From NCBI RefSeq assembly GCF_036321535.1, contig NC_087436.1, positions 120,964,001 to 121,028,000 of the forward strand: 64,000 bases of DNA. Reading direction: 5' to 3'. The notes below the pieces were generated by a model. It was not told the DNA's origin, ran no database searches, and saw only the letters and a list, made by a program, of their open reading frames with translations. The position numbers and the translations under genes were made by a program. Positions 38,396 through 50,979 of the stretch are shown here, one piece after another. How positions within the stretch are numbered: the stretch's first letter is position 1; each line of letters begins with the position of its first letter. The DNA comes from Camelus dromedarius. Lineage: Eukaryota.

Positions 38396-38906
38396 TGTTA
38401 CGGGTTAACATGTGTCCCCCACGCCAAAGGTATATCCATGTCCTAACCCCTGGTACCTGTGGATGTGACCTTTTTTGGAAATAGGGTCTTTGTAGACGTA
38501 ATTAGTTGGGTTCAGATGAGGTCGGACTGGTGTAGAGCTGGGCCTAGTTCTACTGGTGTAGAACTAGCCAGCATGACTAGTTTCCTTATGAGGAGAGGCG
38601 ATTAGGACACAGAGACAGAGGCACGGGGTTGGGGGGCGGCCACGTGAGGACGGAAGCAAAGGCTGGGGCGACGTGGATGCAGGCCCAGGAACACCGAGGA
38701 TGGATGGCCAGGGACCACCGGCAGTCAGAAAAGGAAACAAGAGAGCCTGCCCAGAGTCTCGGGGCAGGGGAGGGGGCAGGGGGCGGGCCCGGCTCGCGCT
38801 TGGATTTCAGACTTCTGGCCTCCAGATGCCTAAGAGAGTAAGTCTCTATTGTTTGAACGGCCCGGTTTGTGGCCCTCGGCAGTGGCAGCCACAAGAAACC
38901 GATACA
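38396..38906 (+). mobile_element. Full-length MLT1-family solo LTR with 5-bp TSD
   Basis: Starts tgttacgggttaac, ends gaaaccgataca; internal gtgaccttttttggaaatagggtctttgtagacgtaatta and ttcagacttctggcctccaga; flanks aatac (38391-38395) and aacac (38907-38911). Confidence 0.9.
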
Positions 38907-39184
38907 AACACTTTAACGCAAACCCCAAGCATCAGAAAGCGTGAGCTGAAACGACTGCGTGGTATTCTATCCAATATCTGCGCTGCGCTAAGGACGTGAT
39001 AAGGGGGTGGGTGGCAAGAATGTCGTGAAAGGAGGTACAGAGTACTAATTCAACCCCGTGTCTATTGTGAACGTTTTGCCGACAGACGTAGAAAGAAGTC
39101 AGAAAGGAAGCGCATCGAAACAACGTTCACACCCCCATCGACGGGCTTCAAGTTTGCCAAGCTCTCACTCCTCGCCAGGCCCAC

Positions 39185-39340
39185 GGCAGGTGTTTTAATG
39201 TCGTGTAGTATGGCCCACAACCCCACGAGGTGGATGCTATTATCCTAATTTAGAGATGGAGAAGCTGAGCTCAGAGAAATTAAGGAATTGTACAAGGTCT
39301 CCCTGCTGGTATGTGGCCAAGGGAAGATCCAAACCGGGAG
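39185..39340 (-). mobile_element. MIR fragment
   Basis: cacaacccc...tattatcctaatttagagatggagaagctgagctcagagaaattaaggaattgtacaaggtc. Confidence 0.75.
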
Positions 39341-39479
39341 GGATCCAGCACTTTCTATGTCCCCATGGGCAGCAGGAGGCTGGCCTGTGTGTCTCTGCAG
39401 ACGGAGCCCAGAGCAGAGACACCAGCTCAGGCCGGACTCTTGGTTCCTCGACCCCTTCTCCTGATGTGGCCATCCAACC

Positions 39480-39835
39480 CTCCAGCATCCCCTCCTTGGA
39501 CGTATCCTGGGTTTTGCATTAACATTAAATTTACACCCTCCAGAGTCTCACATTCAAGCATCTCCCTATTCTCACAGCCTCCAGTCTTCCCTCTCACACA
39601 GGCTGGTGGCCCCATGACCACGCTGGGACTCACAATCCATTATCCCCATCACCGTTAAAGGGCCCTCACTTCCCTCGTTACTCAGCTGAGTTTCCACAGT
39701 CCAACACCATAATCTCTCCTTTACAAGTGTGCACTCGTGCGCAGACATACACACACCTTCAGCTCTGTTATCCCCCTCTCATTTTATTGCACTCAGCTAC
39801 CAAAACCCCCACAAATCCAGCTCTCCACCTAACCT
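39480..39835 (+). mobile_element. L2 internal fragment
   Basis: cacattcaagcatctccctattctc and accaaaacccccacaaatccagctctccacc resemble L2 ORF2 sequence. Confidence 0.45.
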
Positions 39836-39844
39836 GTAGGTGCT

Positions 39845-40032
39845 TTTGATCACGAAAAAGAGAAGACACAAATTACCCAATATCATGAATCAAAAAGGAG
39901 GCTCACCACAGACCCTACAGACACGAGGCGTGTTACAAGAGAACCCAGTGAACAGCTTTGTGCCGATGAATGTGACAGCTCCGATGGAATGTACCAAAAC
40001 TGAAAGACACAAATTGCCAAAACTAACCAAAG
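39845..40032 (+). mobile_element. L1 ORF2 fragment
   Basis: aaaaagagaagacacaaattacccaatatcatgaatcaaaaagg...cacagaccctacagac...gaaagacacaaattgccaaaactaacc; the peptide resembles the ORF2 KKREKTQITNIRNE region. Confidence 0.8.
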
Positions 40033-40059
40033 TGTGTTTGCCGGAATTGAACAATTAAG

Positions 40060-40600
40060 AAAATGGATGGTGGATGGTGGGAGCCGGGTTCCTCTGTGTG
40101 TGAGAAGTGACAGATACGCAAGAGGAGGCTAGAATGATCCACATGATAACAGATTGGAAGGTGCATAAGAGCATGAACTCATATTTAGCTTAATATAGAT
40201 ACGCACGGTTACATATAGGAACAGTCAAAGGCGCGCGCGCGCGTGTGTGTGTACGAGGGTAACTAAAAATCTGTGCATCTCCTTGTTCTAGGAGACGCCC
40301 CTAGAGCACTCCCAGAGGCAATGCCTCCCCAGCAGCAACAAGCACCCAGTGCCCCATTCTTGGTTTTTAGTGTTGCTCTGCGGTAAAAGGGACCAGAGCT
40401 CCTCAGAGAAATGATTGATTCTATCCGCCCCCCCAAGAAAGTAAAAATGTGCTCAAAAACAGACACCACTCACACACTGAAGGGGTTCAGGCAGAGGGAG
40501 CCACTGAAAGCATCCCCGACGGCCAGACCTGGAAACATCTGGGCAGAACTGAAGCACTGGATTATAACCCAACACCCACGAACCCACTGACAGGAACAAC
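40060..40600 (+). mobile_element. L1MD-type 3' UTR segment
   Basis: ggaggctagaatgatccac...gaactcatatttagcttaatatagatac...ggaccagagctcctcagagaaatg...actggattataacccaa. Confidence 0.7.
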
Positions 40601-40629
40601 ATTGCTCAGCTTATCTGTGCTACCCGGGA

Positions 40630-41015
40630 CCAAAACCAGGCAAAGGCCGCACGAAAAGAAAACCACTGGCCAGCAGCCCTCATGAACACGGACACAGAAA
40701 CCCGCGGCTGAGCATCAGCACGTGCACTCGGGGTGAATGACGAGGTACACGTGGTGAACCTCCGTGAATGGGGACATCTGTCCCGAGCGCGGGAAGCTAG
40801 CTCAACATTTGGAAACCATCCAGCGTAATCCACTGCTTCAACAGACTAAGGAAGAAAGCTGATAGGATCATCTCAACAGATGCAGAAAAGTGAGTATTAC
40901 AGATTCACATCTGTTCACCATGAACACTTTCTGAAACCAAGAATAGGTGGGAATGTCTTCAACCTGACGAGGGGCATCTGTGAAAAAACACACAGACCAC
41001 ATCACACTTCATGGT
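40630..41015 (+). mobile_element. L1 ORF2 reverse-transcriptase fragment, decayed
   Basis: aaaaccaggcaaagg...ctcatgaacacggacacag...gatcatctcaacagatgcagaaaag (IISTDAEK). Confidence 0.8.
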
Positions 41016-41059
41016 AAAGGAAGGTTACATCTCAAAAGAAGGTGGTGTTGAGCAGGGAT

Positions 41060-41800
41060 GGGCAGAAAGGCCAATGCAGGGGAACAGAGCCTCCACGTGG
41101 GATCCAGAGGCGTCCGTGGCAGCAGCGGGTCACCAGTCTGTGCGGGGAGGCTGGGCCCTCTTCATAAATGGTGCTGGCAAAATGGCCAACTGTGTACAAA
41201 AGAATAAGTTGTTTTCCTTTTTCACAACAGACACCAAAAACCTCAAATCTAGACAGTTTAAAGATTTAAATATGAAAGACAAAACATTGAAACTTCAACA
41301 AACAAAGGAAAATCATTTTCATAACCTCAAAGTCGGTAAAGATTTCACAATAAGCCACCAAGACCAGTAACCACAGCAAAATGATTAACCGACTTGGCTC
41401 CACTTCAGTAACACATTCTGTTTACTAAAATCCAACGTGTATTCTCCACATTAAAAAAAAAACACACATACTGAAATATTTACAAGTAAATGAGGAGAAA
41501 TCAACGTTTTGATGCAAAATGGGTCCAAGCAACTATGAAGAAAACGAGACACTGGAAAGAAAGTGACAGACGCCACTCACTCCCTGCAGCCCACGGAAGC
41601 CAGCCAAGGCTTAATAACCAGAACATACAAAGAACGCTTGGGAATCAACAAGAAAAGAACAGCACACGATGGAACAGTGGAGAAAGGTGGGAATACAGAA
41701 AAGGAAATACAAATGACAAACACTTTCCCGTTATGAGCTCACCCCCTCGCAAATCAGGAAATGCCAAGTAGCACAGGGAGGTACCATCTCCATCGGAGAC
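41060..41800 (+). mobile_element. L1 ORF2 C-terminal fragments
   Basis: ORF 41011-41370 contains KDLNMKDKTLKL...HNLKVGKDF, similar to L1 KDLNVKPKTIKLL...HDLGLGKDF; aaatcaggaaatgc near 41752. Confidence 0.7.
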
Positions 41801-43329
41801 CTGCCAGGTAGCAAAAGGTGAGACACAAGACCTCAGGAAGGGCTGAGGCCGCGGCTCGAGGCCTCAGGCTCCGCCGGAGGGAGTGTGAATTACACGCGGT
41901 CAGCTCCTGGCAGTGGCGGTTTCCACCCTGTCACCTGGCACACCTTGAGCAGGTGTCTAATCTTGCCAAGAGCCTTCGCTTAGCGGCTACCATGTGCCAA
42001 TGCTTTCAACATAGCTTCCCACGTGACCTTTCCAGAGTCTATAAGGTGATCATCACTTTGGAGGCGAGGTGGGGCAGCAGCAGAACAGTCCAGCCCAGGT
42101 CACCCGGCTAGAAGGGGAGCTGGTGGCTGAGCAAACCCCGGCAGGGGCTCCGAAACCACCCTGCCCGCCAGCGGGGTAGATGCTCAGGCGTACTAGGCGC
42201 CCGCGCCCTGGAGATAAAAGCAAGCCGTTCCTCATCCCGGAGGCAGCATGCAAATGATCACATCACTCAAATACGTTACTTTTCGAGTGGGTTAGAAACA
42301 CCTGTTCCTTTATCATCGCGCAGAGTAATCAGCTCAAGTGCAAGGCTGGATGCCGACTTGAAAGAGGAGTGGGGCCTCCATCTGGCAGCTCTCGGTCAAT
42401 TGCCTTGCCGTAGGGGCTCTGTCTTCCCCACAGTGAAGCCGAAGAGCCCCTTACGAGTACTTAACAGTGGGTGCAGAAGCATGGACCCCTGCCCTGGGCG
42501 CTGGGGACCCAAAGAAGAAACAGCCCCTGAGCCTGGGGAGACACCAAGGAGAGACTGCCTAGCAGGTGGGCCTGGGTCTCTGTCGCCGTCCTTGCCCTGC
42601 GCAGTGCGGGTCCATCCCCAGCCCAGCTGCCCGCTTAGACGTCACAGGCGGGCAGGGCTGGGGACCACCCCTCTGCACTGGTCTTGTGCTGGATGCCAGG
42701 TAGTTCTGTGCAAGGACACCCGATGTCAGTTCTGCACCACAGCAGAGGAGCTGGGGACCTTGGCTGCTCACTCAGTCTCACTGCGCCCCAGCTTCCTCAT
42801 CCGAGGACCCACAGTTACCGGCACACGGGCCACTGGCTTAGTGCTGTGGCTTGAAGTAGCACCTACAGGCAGGTCACCCTTAGCCTGGACCTCCCCCCAG
42901 ACCCCACCCCTGCCACCAGCTGCCCCATGACATCAACGGAGCTCCAGATCTCGCCCACCCCCAACCTGCTCCCCCTGCCTGAGTCCGCCAGGCCAGCCCA
43001 GACTGCGCTGACAAACCACACGCATCCCAGCGGCTTAAGACCAGAGAACACGGCTTGTGTTCCTGTCTGTTCATTGTGTCACATGAGGACCCAGGCCAAC
43101 GGGCTTCACTATGCACTGGCTCTTAAAACTGCTGCCTGGAAGGACACACATGTCCCTCCCTCTCCATGTCCCTGGCCACATGTCCCGTGACCACGTCCAA
43201 CATCCACAGGGGGAAGTGTAGCCCGCCCTTAGGGAGGCGCCGTGTGTGTCTGTGGCCGTCAGCGCCGTCACCACAGGCATCCCTGACCACTGCCTCACAT
43301 CCACCTCCAGTCCTCAGAAAACCCCACTG

Positions 43330-43560
43330 GCTCTGCTTCAAAGCATGTTTGGAATCCCATCTTTCCTCCCTCCCTCCTCATCACTGGCTGCCCTGGCCCT
43401 CATCCTGTCCAGGCACGGCCTCTCTCGCCACAGCACCGCCGTTGCCCCTCCTAGCTGGTCCCACTGCTTCCTTTCTGACCCAGACTTGGTCCAGCTCAGC
43501 GGCTGGTGTCCTTTAAAACCTAGATCAGAACATGTCACCTCTTGCTTAAAATCCCCCAAA
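43330..43560 (+). mobile_element. L2 fragment
   Basis: cctcctagctggtcccactgcttcc...cctttaaaacctagatcagaacatgtcacctcttgcttaaaatccc. Confidence 0.7.
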
Positions 43561-46500
43561 TGTTTCAACCAAGACGTGGTCCCTGTGGACACCTCCTGCA
43601 GGACACCTCTGCAGGGTGGCGCAGTGCACCTCAGGTGTGGAAGCGTCCCCACCCGGCAGGGCCACCGCTGGGAATGGACCCGGGGAGGCCATTAAGGATG
43701 CAGGAAAAGATGCAGCCACAGGACCAGGCAGCGCAGCTCTGAGAGAGCAGTGCCGGGGAGGCCAGGGAGTAACAGACGGCAGAGCCTCCAGCGCTCTGCA
43801 GCCAATGATCCAGCCACATGACGTGATCACGCAGCGTGGCTGAAGAGCAGAAGGTCCTCCAGAACGCAGACCTGCAGGCCCTCTAGGTGACCTTGTATGA
43901 GCACTGCAAGGAAATGCAAGATTTTAAGGAGGGAGATGCAGGCAGTCTGACAGGCAGTGCTGGGGCTCCGCTAGTGATGGTACTCAACCAGGAGCCCCTG
44001 CAGGCAGCCCACAGCTTTGGGGCGCTCCCCTGCAAGCTGTGGTTTTCCCATAACTGTGAAGAAGGTGCCCACCCCACACTTGCCACGAGCCCCTTCCTCC
44101 AGGCAGTGTCCCCCTGGCACCTGCCTGCACCCCCACTCCAGGCTGTGCCCCTGTCTGCACCTGCCTCCTGCTCAGCCTCAGAGCAATGAGGGCCAAGCTG
44201 TCATGCCCACCTGGGGCACAGCAGAGGGGACAGCAGTTGTCTTGGGCATCCTAGGATCCTTTTGAGTTACTGGCAAAACCTGTGACTCCTCCCCAGAAAG
44301 CACACAGCCTGGAGACGCCAGAATTCTCTGTGATTCTGTCTCTGCAACACCCTCTGCCACGCAGCAGCAGGCCCCCGGGGACCCGGAGCATGGGGCTGAG
44401 AGCCACCTGGGGACCTGGACAGCGCGGGGGTGGAGGAGCGCTCCCTGGGTGTTGATGCTGTGTGGGCTGCAGGGCTCCCACCCATCCTCCACGTCTGTCC
44501 GCCCAGCCCGATCCCCTGCATTTCAGAGCCGGGCAGGGCCCTCGGGCGAGGAAAGGTTCCCCCATGAACCCAAATCCAAATCACCTAGCCTTTCCTGGGA
44601 GCCCAGAAAAGAGGCTGCCAGGCACTCGTTCCCCACCCTTCCCGAGCACAGCAGAGCCATCTTCCCTGCTCTAAACTTCCAAAGCCGAAGCCCGCTTCCC
44701 TCCCGCTCACTTCCCAGGTGACAGAAGATAGGATGGGCCTTAGGGAAGAAGAGCAGTCCAGCCCTGGTGCCTCTGCGGCAGGCGTCTCCAAACAGCCCAG
44801 AAGCACGGCCAGCTTTCACACCATGTCTTGGTGGTTTGTCAGGTTTGGGGGTTTGAAATAACCTCCTCGAATTAATTATTCCATGTAATTGAAGCATGAA
44901 ATACACGAAAACGACTCACACAGACAAGCCCATGGGGCAGTGCCAGGGCGTCTTCCCCGCAGCATCAGGGTCCCGAGAGGCGTGGTTCTGAATTGCTCTG
45001 TAGAATTCAGACTGACTCGGATGCTGCTGAATTTATCTGAATTCTTCCCCAGTGTTAGACATGCAGGTGGGTTTTCATTTTTTCCACCAATAATGAAGCT
45101 CGGATGGTCATCTCTGTTGCATACTTTTTAATAAACCAGGACCACAGAGTATCAACATCGTTTTTTTCACAAGGCCCCGATGCTTGTAATTGATGGCGGT
45201 GCTGTTCTGTGGGTGAACTTGTGTGTGTGGCCAACGCCCTGCCCTGGGGCGTTTGGGCCACCTGTGAGGGATCCCTGATCCTCAGCAAAGGAGGACGCGT
45301 GGGGCGGGACCCGCCCAAGGGGAGCTCTGGTCCCAGCGCGACTCCACGTGCACACCGACAGGTCCCTCGCCTCTCGGCCCCTCCCGCCTGAGAACCCACC
45401 ACCTGCCCCACTGCCACAACACACTCCCTGACACCCCACTCACAGGCCTGCATTGGACTTGGCCCCCACTCCTCCTGGAGGCCTTCCTGAGCACAGACAT
45501 TAGTCAGGTACATCCCCAAGCCAAGCTCCCGGTCACCCATGCTTCTTCCACCAAAGCACTGGGGACCCAGGTGGAGGTGGTCACACCTGCCTCTCCTCCT
45601 GCCCCCACCACAGCCATTGACCCCCTAAATCCAGGCTCCAGGGTCCCTGTGTCCTCTGGGCCCATCTCAGGGCTGCCCTGACCTCTGGGGAAGTCGGCGG
45701 AGTGGTCCTCCTGCCTCCAGGGGTGTGTGGGAGGCCACAGTGCGTGTGACAGAACCCTGGTGCCACAGGAAGTCAGCCATGCGGTCCCAGTGCCCTCCCC
45801 TCCGCCACCGCATGGACATCAGCCCATCTCCATCATTCAAGACACACAGACCAATCAATGAGCACTTTGGTATGGCCCAGTGGCCACAGCCCGTCAATCC
45901 CACGGCCAAGCAGTGGGACCCCTGCCCGGCCCCCAGGCTTAGCCCCTCCTGTGTTTGTCTGGGGGTTTTTTGATTGACATAAGTTGTACATTTGCTTGTT
46001 TAGATTTGACTTAGTAATCAATATTTTAAAACCAGGACATTTTTCTAACCATCCAAGTTTCTGCCTTCTCTTGAAAAGTCTGCAGCTTGGCCTGCTCTGG
46101 TCCTGCACTCCACCCGGCATGGTTGCCTGGGAAACAATGAGGGGACAGGGGAGGGGTGGGCAAGGAGGGCGGTGCTGCTGGAGGCTGTGCGGGAGCCCAG
46201 TGACCTTGGGGCCCCTCGCCAAGGCCGGTCTGGCCCTAGCACCGCAGCAGGTTCTGTCTGCCAACCACCTGTCAGAGGCCAACACTGACCCTGGAACAAG
46301 GTACCATCCCTGGGCGCCATGTTGGTGGGATGATTCTGTAAGGCCCTTCCAAAGTGAGGGGCAGGGGAAAGACTATGACGAAGCTGCTCTTGTAACTTTG
46401 CACCCTGCGCAAAGGGACTTGAGGTCCTGTCCGCAGCCAGGAATGCCCTCGTGGGGGCAGACGCGTCAGCGGGACGAGGACAGCCTTCCCAAACTCAGAG

Positions 46501-47449
46501 ATTGGCCGGCACCGCTCTCCATGGTCCTGCAGAAAGCTCTGCTCACTGCCGGCGTGCCCCGCTCAACCAAGGAGTTCAATCTGCTCTGAAAGACGTGTGG
46601 CAATGGGCTTACGTCCACGGATTTCACTGGTCTAACACACCCCTCATCTCCTGGACACAGCTGGCCTGAAGGAAGAGCAGAAAGGCTGACGCAGACTCGC
46701 TCCTGGAGCCATCAGGACGTCGCCCTGAGGACGTGTCATGTGTTTTAGGCCAGTGGCTGACATCTGGTGTCATTTCCCACAATTCCCCATCCACGACTGG
46801 ACGCCAAGGTGTGAAGATGGGAGCGGCCCTGTCACTGTTACTCCAGGTAACACCCTTGAACAGGGTCGCTGCCTCCCCGGGGCTTTGGGCTTGGCGGGTC
46901 TGAAAGCCCCAGGGTCCCAGGGAGGTGTGTGGTTCCCTGCACCTGCAAGCTGAGCTCTCACCCCGGCCTTCCGTGCGTAACACCAGGGCAGCAGGCAGAG
47001 AAGGCGTTCCTCTACTGCCTGGGGTGCCCACCCTCCAGGAGACTGGGTCAGGGGGACTCTGGCTGGACCCAGGAGAGTCAGTGGGGGGCCTCTTAGCACA
47101 TCCTTGCTCAGTAATAAAGGACAAAAGAAAATTCAGTACCCAGTGCAGACAGGCTCACAAAGGCCACAGAGCAGAGGGAATGAAGTGTTGGTGCCAGAAG
47201 AGGGGAAGGGGAACATGGGGTGGGTGGGGAAGGACCTTAAAGTTGCGGACGCTGGCTCCTGACCAGCTGCAGAGCGGAGGGCTGGAGCAGCCACGTGCCC
47301 ATGGTGGCTGACTGTTCCCCTCCCACTACGCTTGTGAGTCGTCCCCTGCACGGCTGATGCCGCGATTTAGTCCCAGGAGGAGCGTTACTGGACTGACAAC
47401 GCCGTCGACAGGAACCCAAGCTCCCCCGGTTAGAGACGAGGGCCCCTTC

Positions 47450-47960
47450 CTCCAGACGAAAGACGAGAATGAGCCCGTAGTGCAGACAGGGCGGGCTGTG
47501 GGGATGGCGCCTTCGTGCCTCGCTCTGACCCAAGACAGTCGCGGAGTGTGCTTTACAGAGTGTACACACGTCTTTTTAAAAAACTCTGAAAGAAGGAAGG
47601 TGTAGCCCAAGAACCGCTTCGTAGGTAGAGGCCACAGGCGCACAGCCTTGAACGGGAAAGAATTCACGGAATGGAACACGCATAAGCTCTTCTCGTGGGA
47701 AAAGTATTCAAATAATTTCAGGAAGTCTGGCCAACTGAGAGAATCCTCAAAGAAAAATCTGGAACAGATGTGGTAAGAGTTAAATTTTTTTTAATTTAGA
47801 GACAAATAAATGGGGCATTATGGTTACAGAACAAAATAATCTTGACAATGCAAAAAAGTTAACGCAGCTGACAAACGTGAAGACGAGGTGGGCGGGAAGG
47901 CGGGGGAGAACGTAAAGGTGCACGCTTCCTCGTCTCTTATAAGAAGGCGGTGGTCTGTGT
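47450..47960 (+). mobile_element. HAL1/L1ME ORF1-like relic
   Basis: aggccacaggcgcacagccttgaacgggaaagaattcacggaat and cattatggttacagaacaaaat resemble old L1/HAL1 ORF1 3' sequence. Confidence 0.45.
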
Positions 47961-48039
47961 TGTCTGGAATTTAAATATATGGATAAAATGAAATGGCTTA
48001 AGGACTTAAACGCTTAAAAACTTGAAAGATTTGCTGAAC

Positions 48040-49660
48040 TTTTTTCCCAACTTTTTTCATTGTGGTTAGATACACACATAACAAAACATTTATCATCTTA
48101 ACCGTTTCTAAGTGGCAGTTCAGTGGCATTAGGTACATTCACATTGTTGTGCAGCCGTCACCGCCACCCACTCTTCATCTTTTAAAACTGAAACTGCCCC
48201 CATGAAGCACTCACTCCCCCATCTGCCCCTGATCTGTATGTCTGTCTTTATGCCAGTACCACACTGCTTTGTTATCACTATAGCTTTGTAGTAAATTTTG
48301 AAATTAGGAAGTGTGAGTCCTGTAGTTTTGCTCTTTTTGAGGATTGTTTCAGCGATTGAAGGTCCATTGGAGATTCCAGGTGCGTGTGGGTGGATTGGTC
48401 TGTGTCTGCAAAAACATCACCGGGGACTTTGATAGGGGTCGCATCGGTAGGTCACTTTGGGTAATACTGACATCTTAACAGTGCAAAGTCTTCCAGCCCA
48501 TGAACATGTGCTGTATTTCCATTTATTTATGTCTTTAATTTTTGCAGCAATATTCTGTAGTTTTTATCTTACCAGTATTTCACCTCCTTGCTTAAGTTAA
48601 TTCCTATGTATTTTATTGTTTTCAATGTTATTATAAATTATTTTTGTAATTTCCTTTTCAGATTGTTCATTTTTAGTGTATAGAAATGCAACTGATTTCT
48701 GTGTGTTGACTTTGCATCCTGCTACTGTGATGAATTCATTTATTAGTTATAACAGTTTTTTATGGAATCTCTAGGGCTTTCTATACAAAAGAGCATATAA
48801 TCCACAAACAGACATAATTTTATTTCTTCCTTTCCAACTTGGATGCCTTGTACTTCTGTTTCTTGATGAACTGCTCTAGTTAGGACTTGCCGCACCACGT
48901 CGGATAGAAGTGGTGAACGCAGGCGTCCTTGCCTTGTCTCCGATCTCAGAGGAAAGGTTCAGTCCTTCACCACTGCTGCTCACTGGGGCTTGTTCACATA
49001 TGGCTTTTATTATGTTGAGATAATTTCCTTCTATTTCTGGTTTGTTGAGTGTTTTTATCATGAAAGAGTGTTGAATTGTGTCAAATGCTCTTTCTGCATC
49101 AATTAAAGGAACCACGTGGGTGTTTTTTCTTCCCTCTGTTAATGGGGTCTATGACACTGGTCAATTTTTGTATGTTAAACCATCCTTGCATTTCAGGAAT
49201 AAGTCCCATTGGTCATGGTGTAGAATTCTTTTAACATGCTGCTGGATTTCACTTGTTAGCGTTTTGCTGAGGGTTTTGCGTCAGTGTTCATAAGCGGTAT
49301 CTGTCTGTGGTTTTCTTTTCTTGTGTCTTTGTCTGGCTTTGGCATCCAGGCAGTGCTGGCCTCATAGAACGTGTTCGGAAGTGTTGCCTCCGCTCCAAAT
49401 TTAGAGAAGTACAAGAAGGACAGGTGCAGTTCTTCACATGCTTGGGAGAATGCACCAGTGACGCCGTGGGCCCAGGGCTTCCCTTTGTCAGAAGGTCCTT
49501 TTATTGCTGATTTAACCTCCTCACTAGTTTCAGGTCTATTCACATTTTCTAGTCTTCACGATTTAGTCTTGGCAGGTTTGGTGTTTCTGGGAACGTGTCC
49601 ATTTCATCTAGGTCATCCAGTTGGTTGGCACACAGTTGCTCACAGTGCTTTCTCACAGGT
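48040..49660 (-). mobile_element. L1MB-type LINE-1: 3' end joined to ORF2 RT region, inactive
   Basis: 3' end ttttcattgtggttagatacacacataac...cacattgttgtgcagcc; ORF track gives IDAERAFDTIQHSFMIKTLNK..IEGNYLNIIKAI, LPNTFYEAS..MPKPDKDTRKENHRQIPLMNTDAK and EQLCANQLDDLDEMDTF..NLPRLN, all L1 ORF2 motifs split by frameshifts. Confidence 0.93.
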
Positions 49661-50237
49661 TCCATGACCCAGTCGCTCCACCCCGTGGAGCAGATTTCAA
49701 AGCCAGTCGTCCGACTCCACAGCCTACTCTCGGGACGCCTCGTGTCACATGGGGACACAGCATCAGCACCGAAGCCATTTCCAGTCGTAAGATGCTCCCC
49801 AGCCTTGGAGGCTCCACCCATCGTGTCTGTCATCCCCTCCCAGATGTGCTTCGAGGGTCCCCTGCAGACAGCAAACCTGCAGCATCTTCACCGGCCAGAG
49901 ATGTGTTCTGAAATCTTAAATATTGTTTCAAGTTTACAGTTTTTTTTTTTCAATTCTTCTTGCATTTGTGAGTCTGAGGCTGTGGTTTTGATGTTGTGGG
50001 AGTTTGTCAGGATGTAAAGGCATGCACGAGTGGGTCCAGGTGGCATCCTGTGACCCAGTGGCCCTGTTTCCTTAACAGGCCCATCTAATGAGAGGCTGCA
50101 TTTGCAGCTGTGGTTTCAGACTGAGGGTGGAGCTCAGAAGGCAGAGGGCTTTGGGGCTGCTGGGGAGCGGGGCTGCGGTTAGGTGGGGCGGGCAACTCCC
50201 TGGAGGAGAGGTCTCCATTCCTCTGGGTCAAGATGAC

Positions 50238-50720
50238 TAAATTAGTGTCCTGGGGCTCTCCTAATGAATTTGCATAAAATGAGTGGCTCAGGACACCAGT
50301 CATCTGTTCTTTCCCAATTCTGGAGTCCAGAGGTCCAAAATCAAGGTGTGGGCAGGGCTGCGCTCCCTCCAAAGGCTCGAGGGAGGACCCTTCCTGCCTC
50401 TCCAGCTCCCGTGGCCTCTGGCCTCCCTTGGCCAGTGGCTGCATCACTCAGTGTCTGCATCCCTGGTCACACTGCCTCCTCCTCTGTGCTGGGCTTCTGC
50501 CATCTGTCTGTCTCCAATCTCCCTCTGATTTTCTCCTACAGGAAAATTTCCCCCAAGCTGTCTTTGGATTTAGGGCCCACTCGGACAATCCAGGACGGTC
50601 TCTTCTCAAGATCCTTAACTATATCCACAAAAATCCCCTTCCCAAATAAGGCCACATTCACAAAAGCATGGATCAGGACATGGATGTCTTTGGGAGGCCA
50701 TCATTCAAGCTACAATAACA
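50238..50720 (-). mobile_element. MLT1C-like solo LTR
   Basis: attctggagtccagaggtccaaaatcaaggtgtgggcagggctgcgctccctc...tggatttagggcccac...ctcaagatccttaac...cccaaataaggccacattcac. Confidence 0.88.
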
Positions 50721-50979
50721 GACACTGGTCACACAGAGCATGAGCCTGAATGGAGCTTCTGGTGCCAAGTGAGAGCCTGAGCCGGCCGCGGGCAAGAGGC
50801 CTGTGAAGCCAAGCTCGGGGCACAGTGAGTCCCCCTCAGAGGAGGAGTGTGTACTGGGGGGGCATCTGAGACATCACAAAGCAAAGAAGGAGTTAGCACC
50901 TGTGAGACTGCAACAGGAGTGCCTGAAACATCAGGCATCAAGGTGCACAACTGTAGCCCCTGCAAATCAGAAGCACAGG

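Noticed and set aside
48876..49833. Reverse-transcriptase-like ORFs as a functional RT or retron-like system
   Set aside because: Frameshifted, degenerate fragments of ordinary LINE-1 ORF2.
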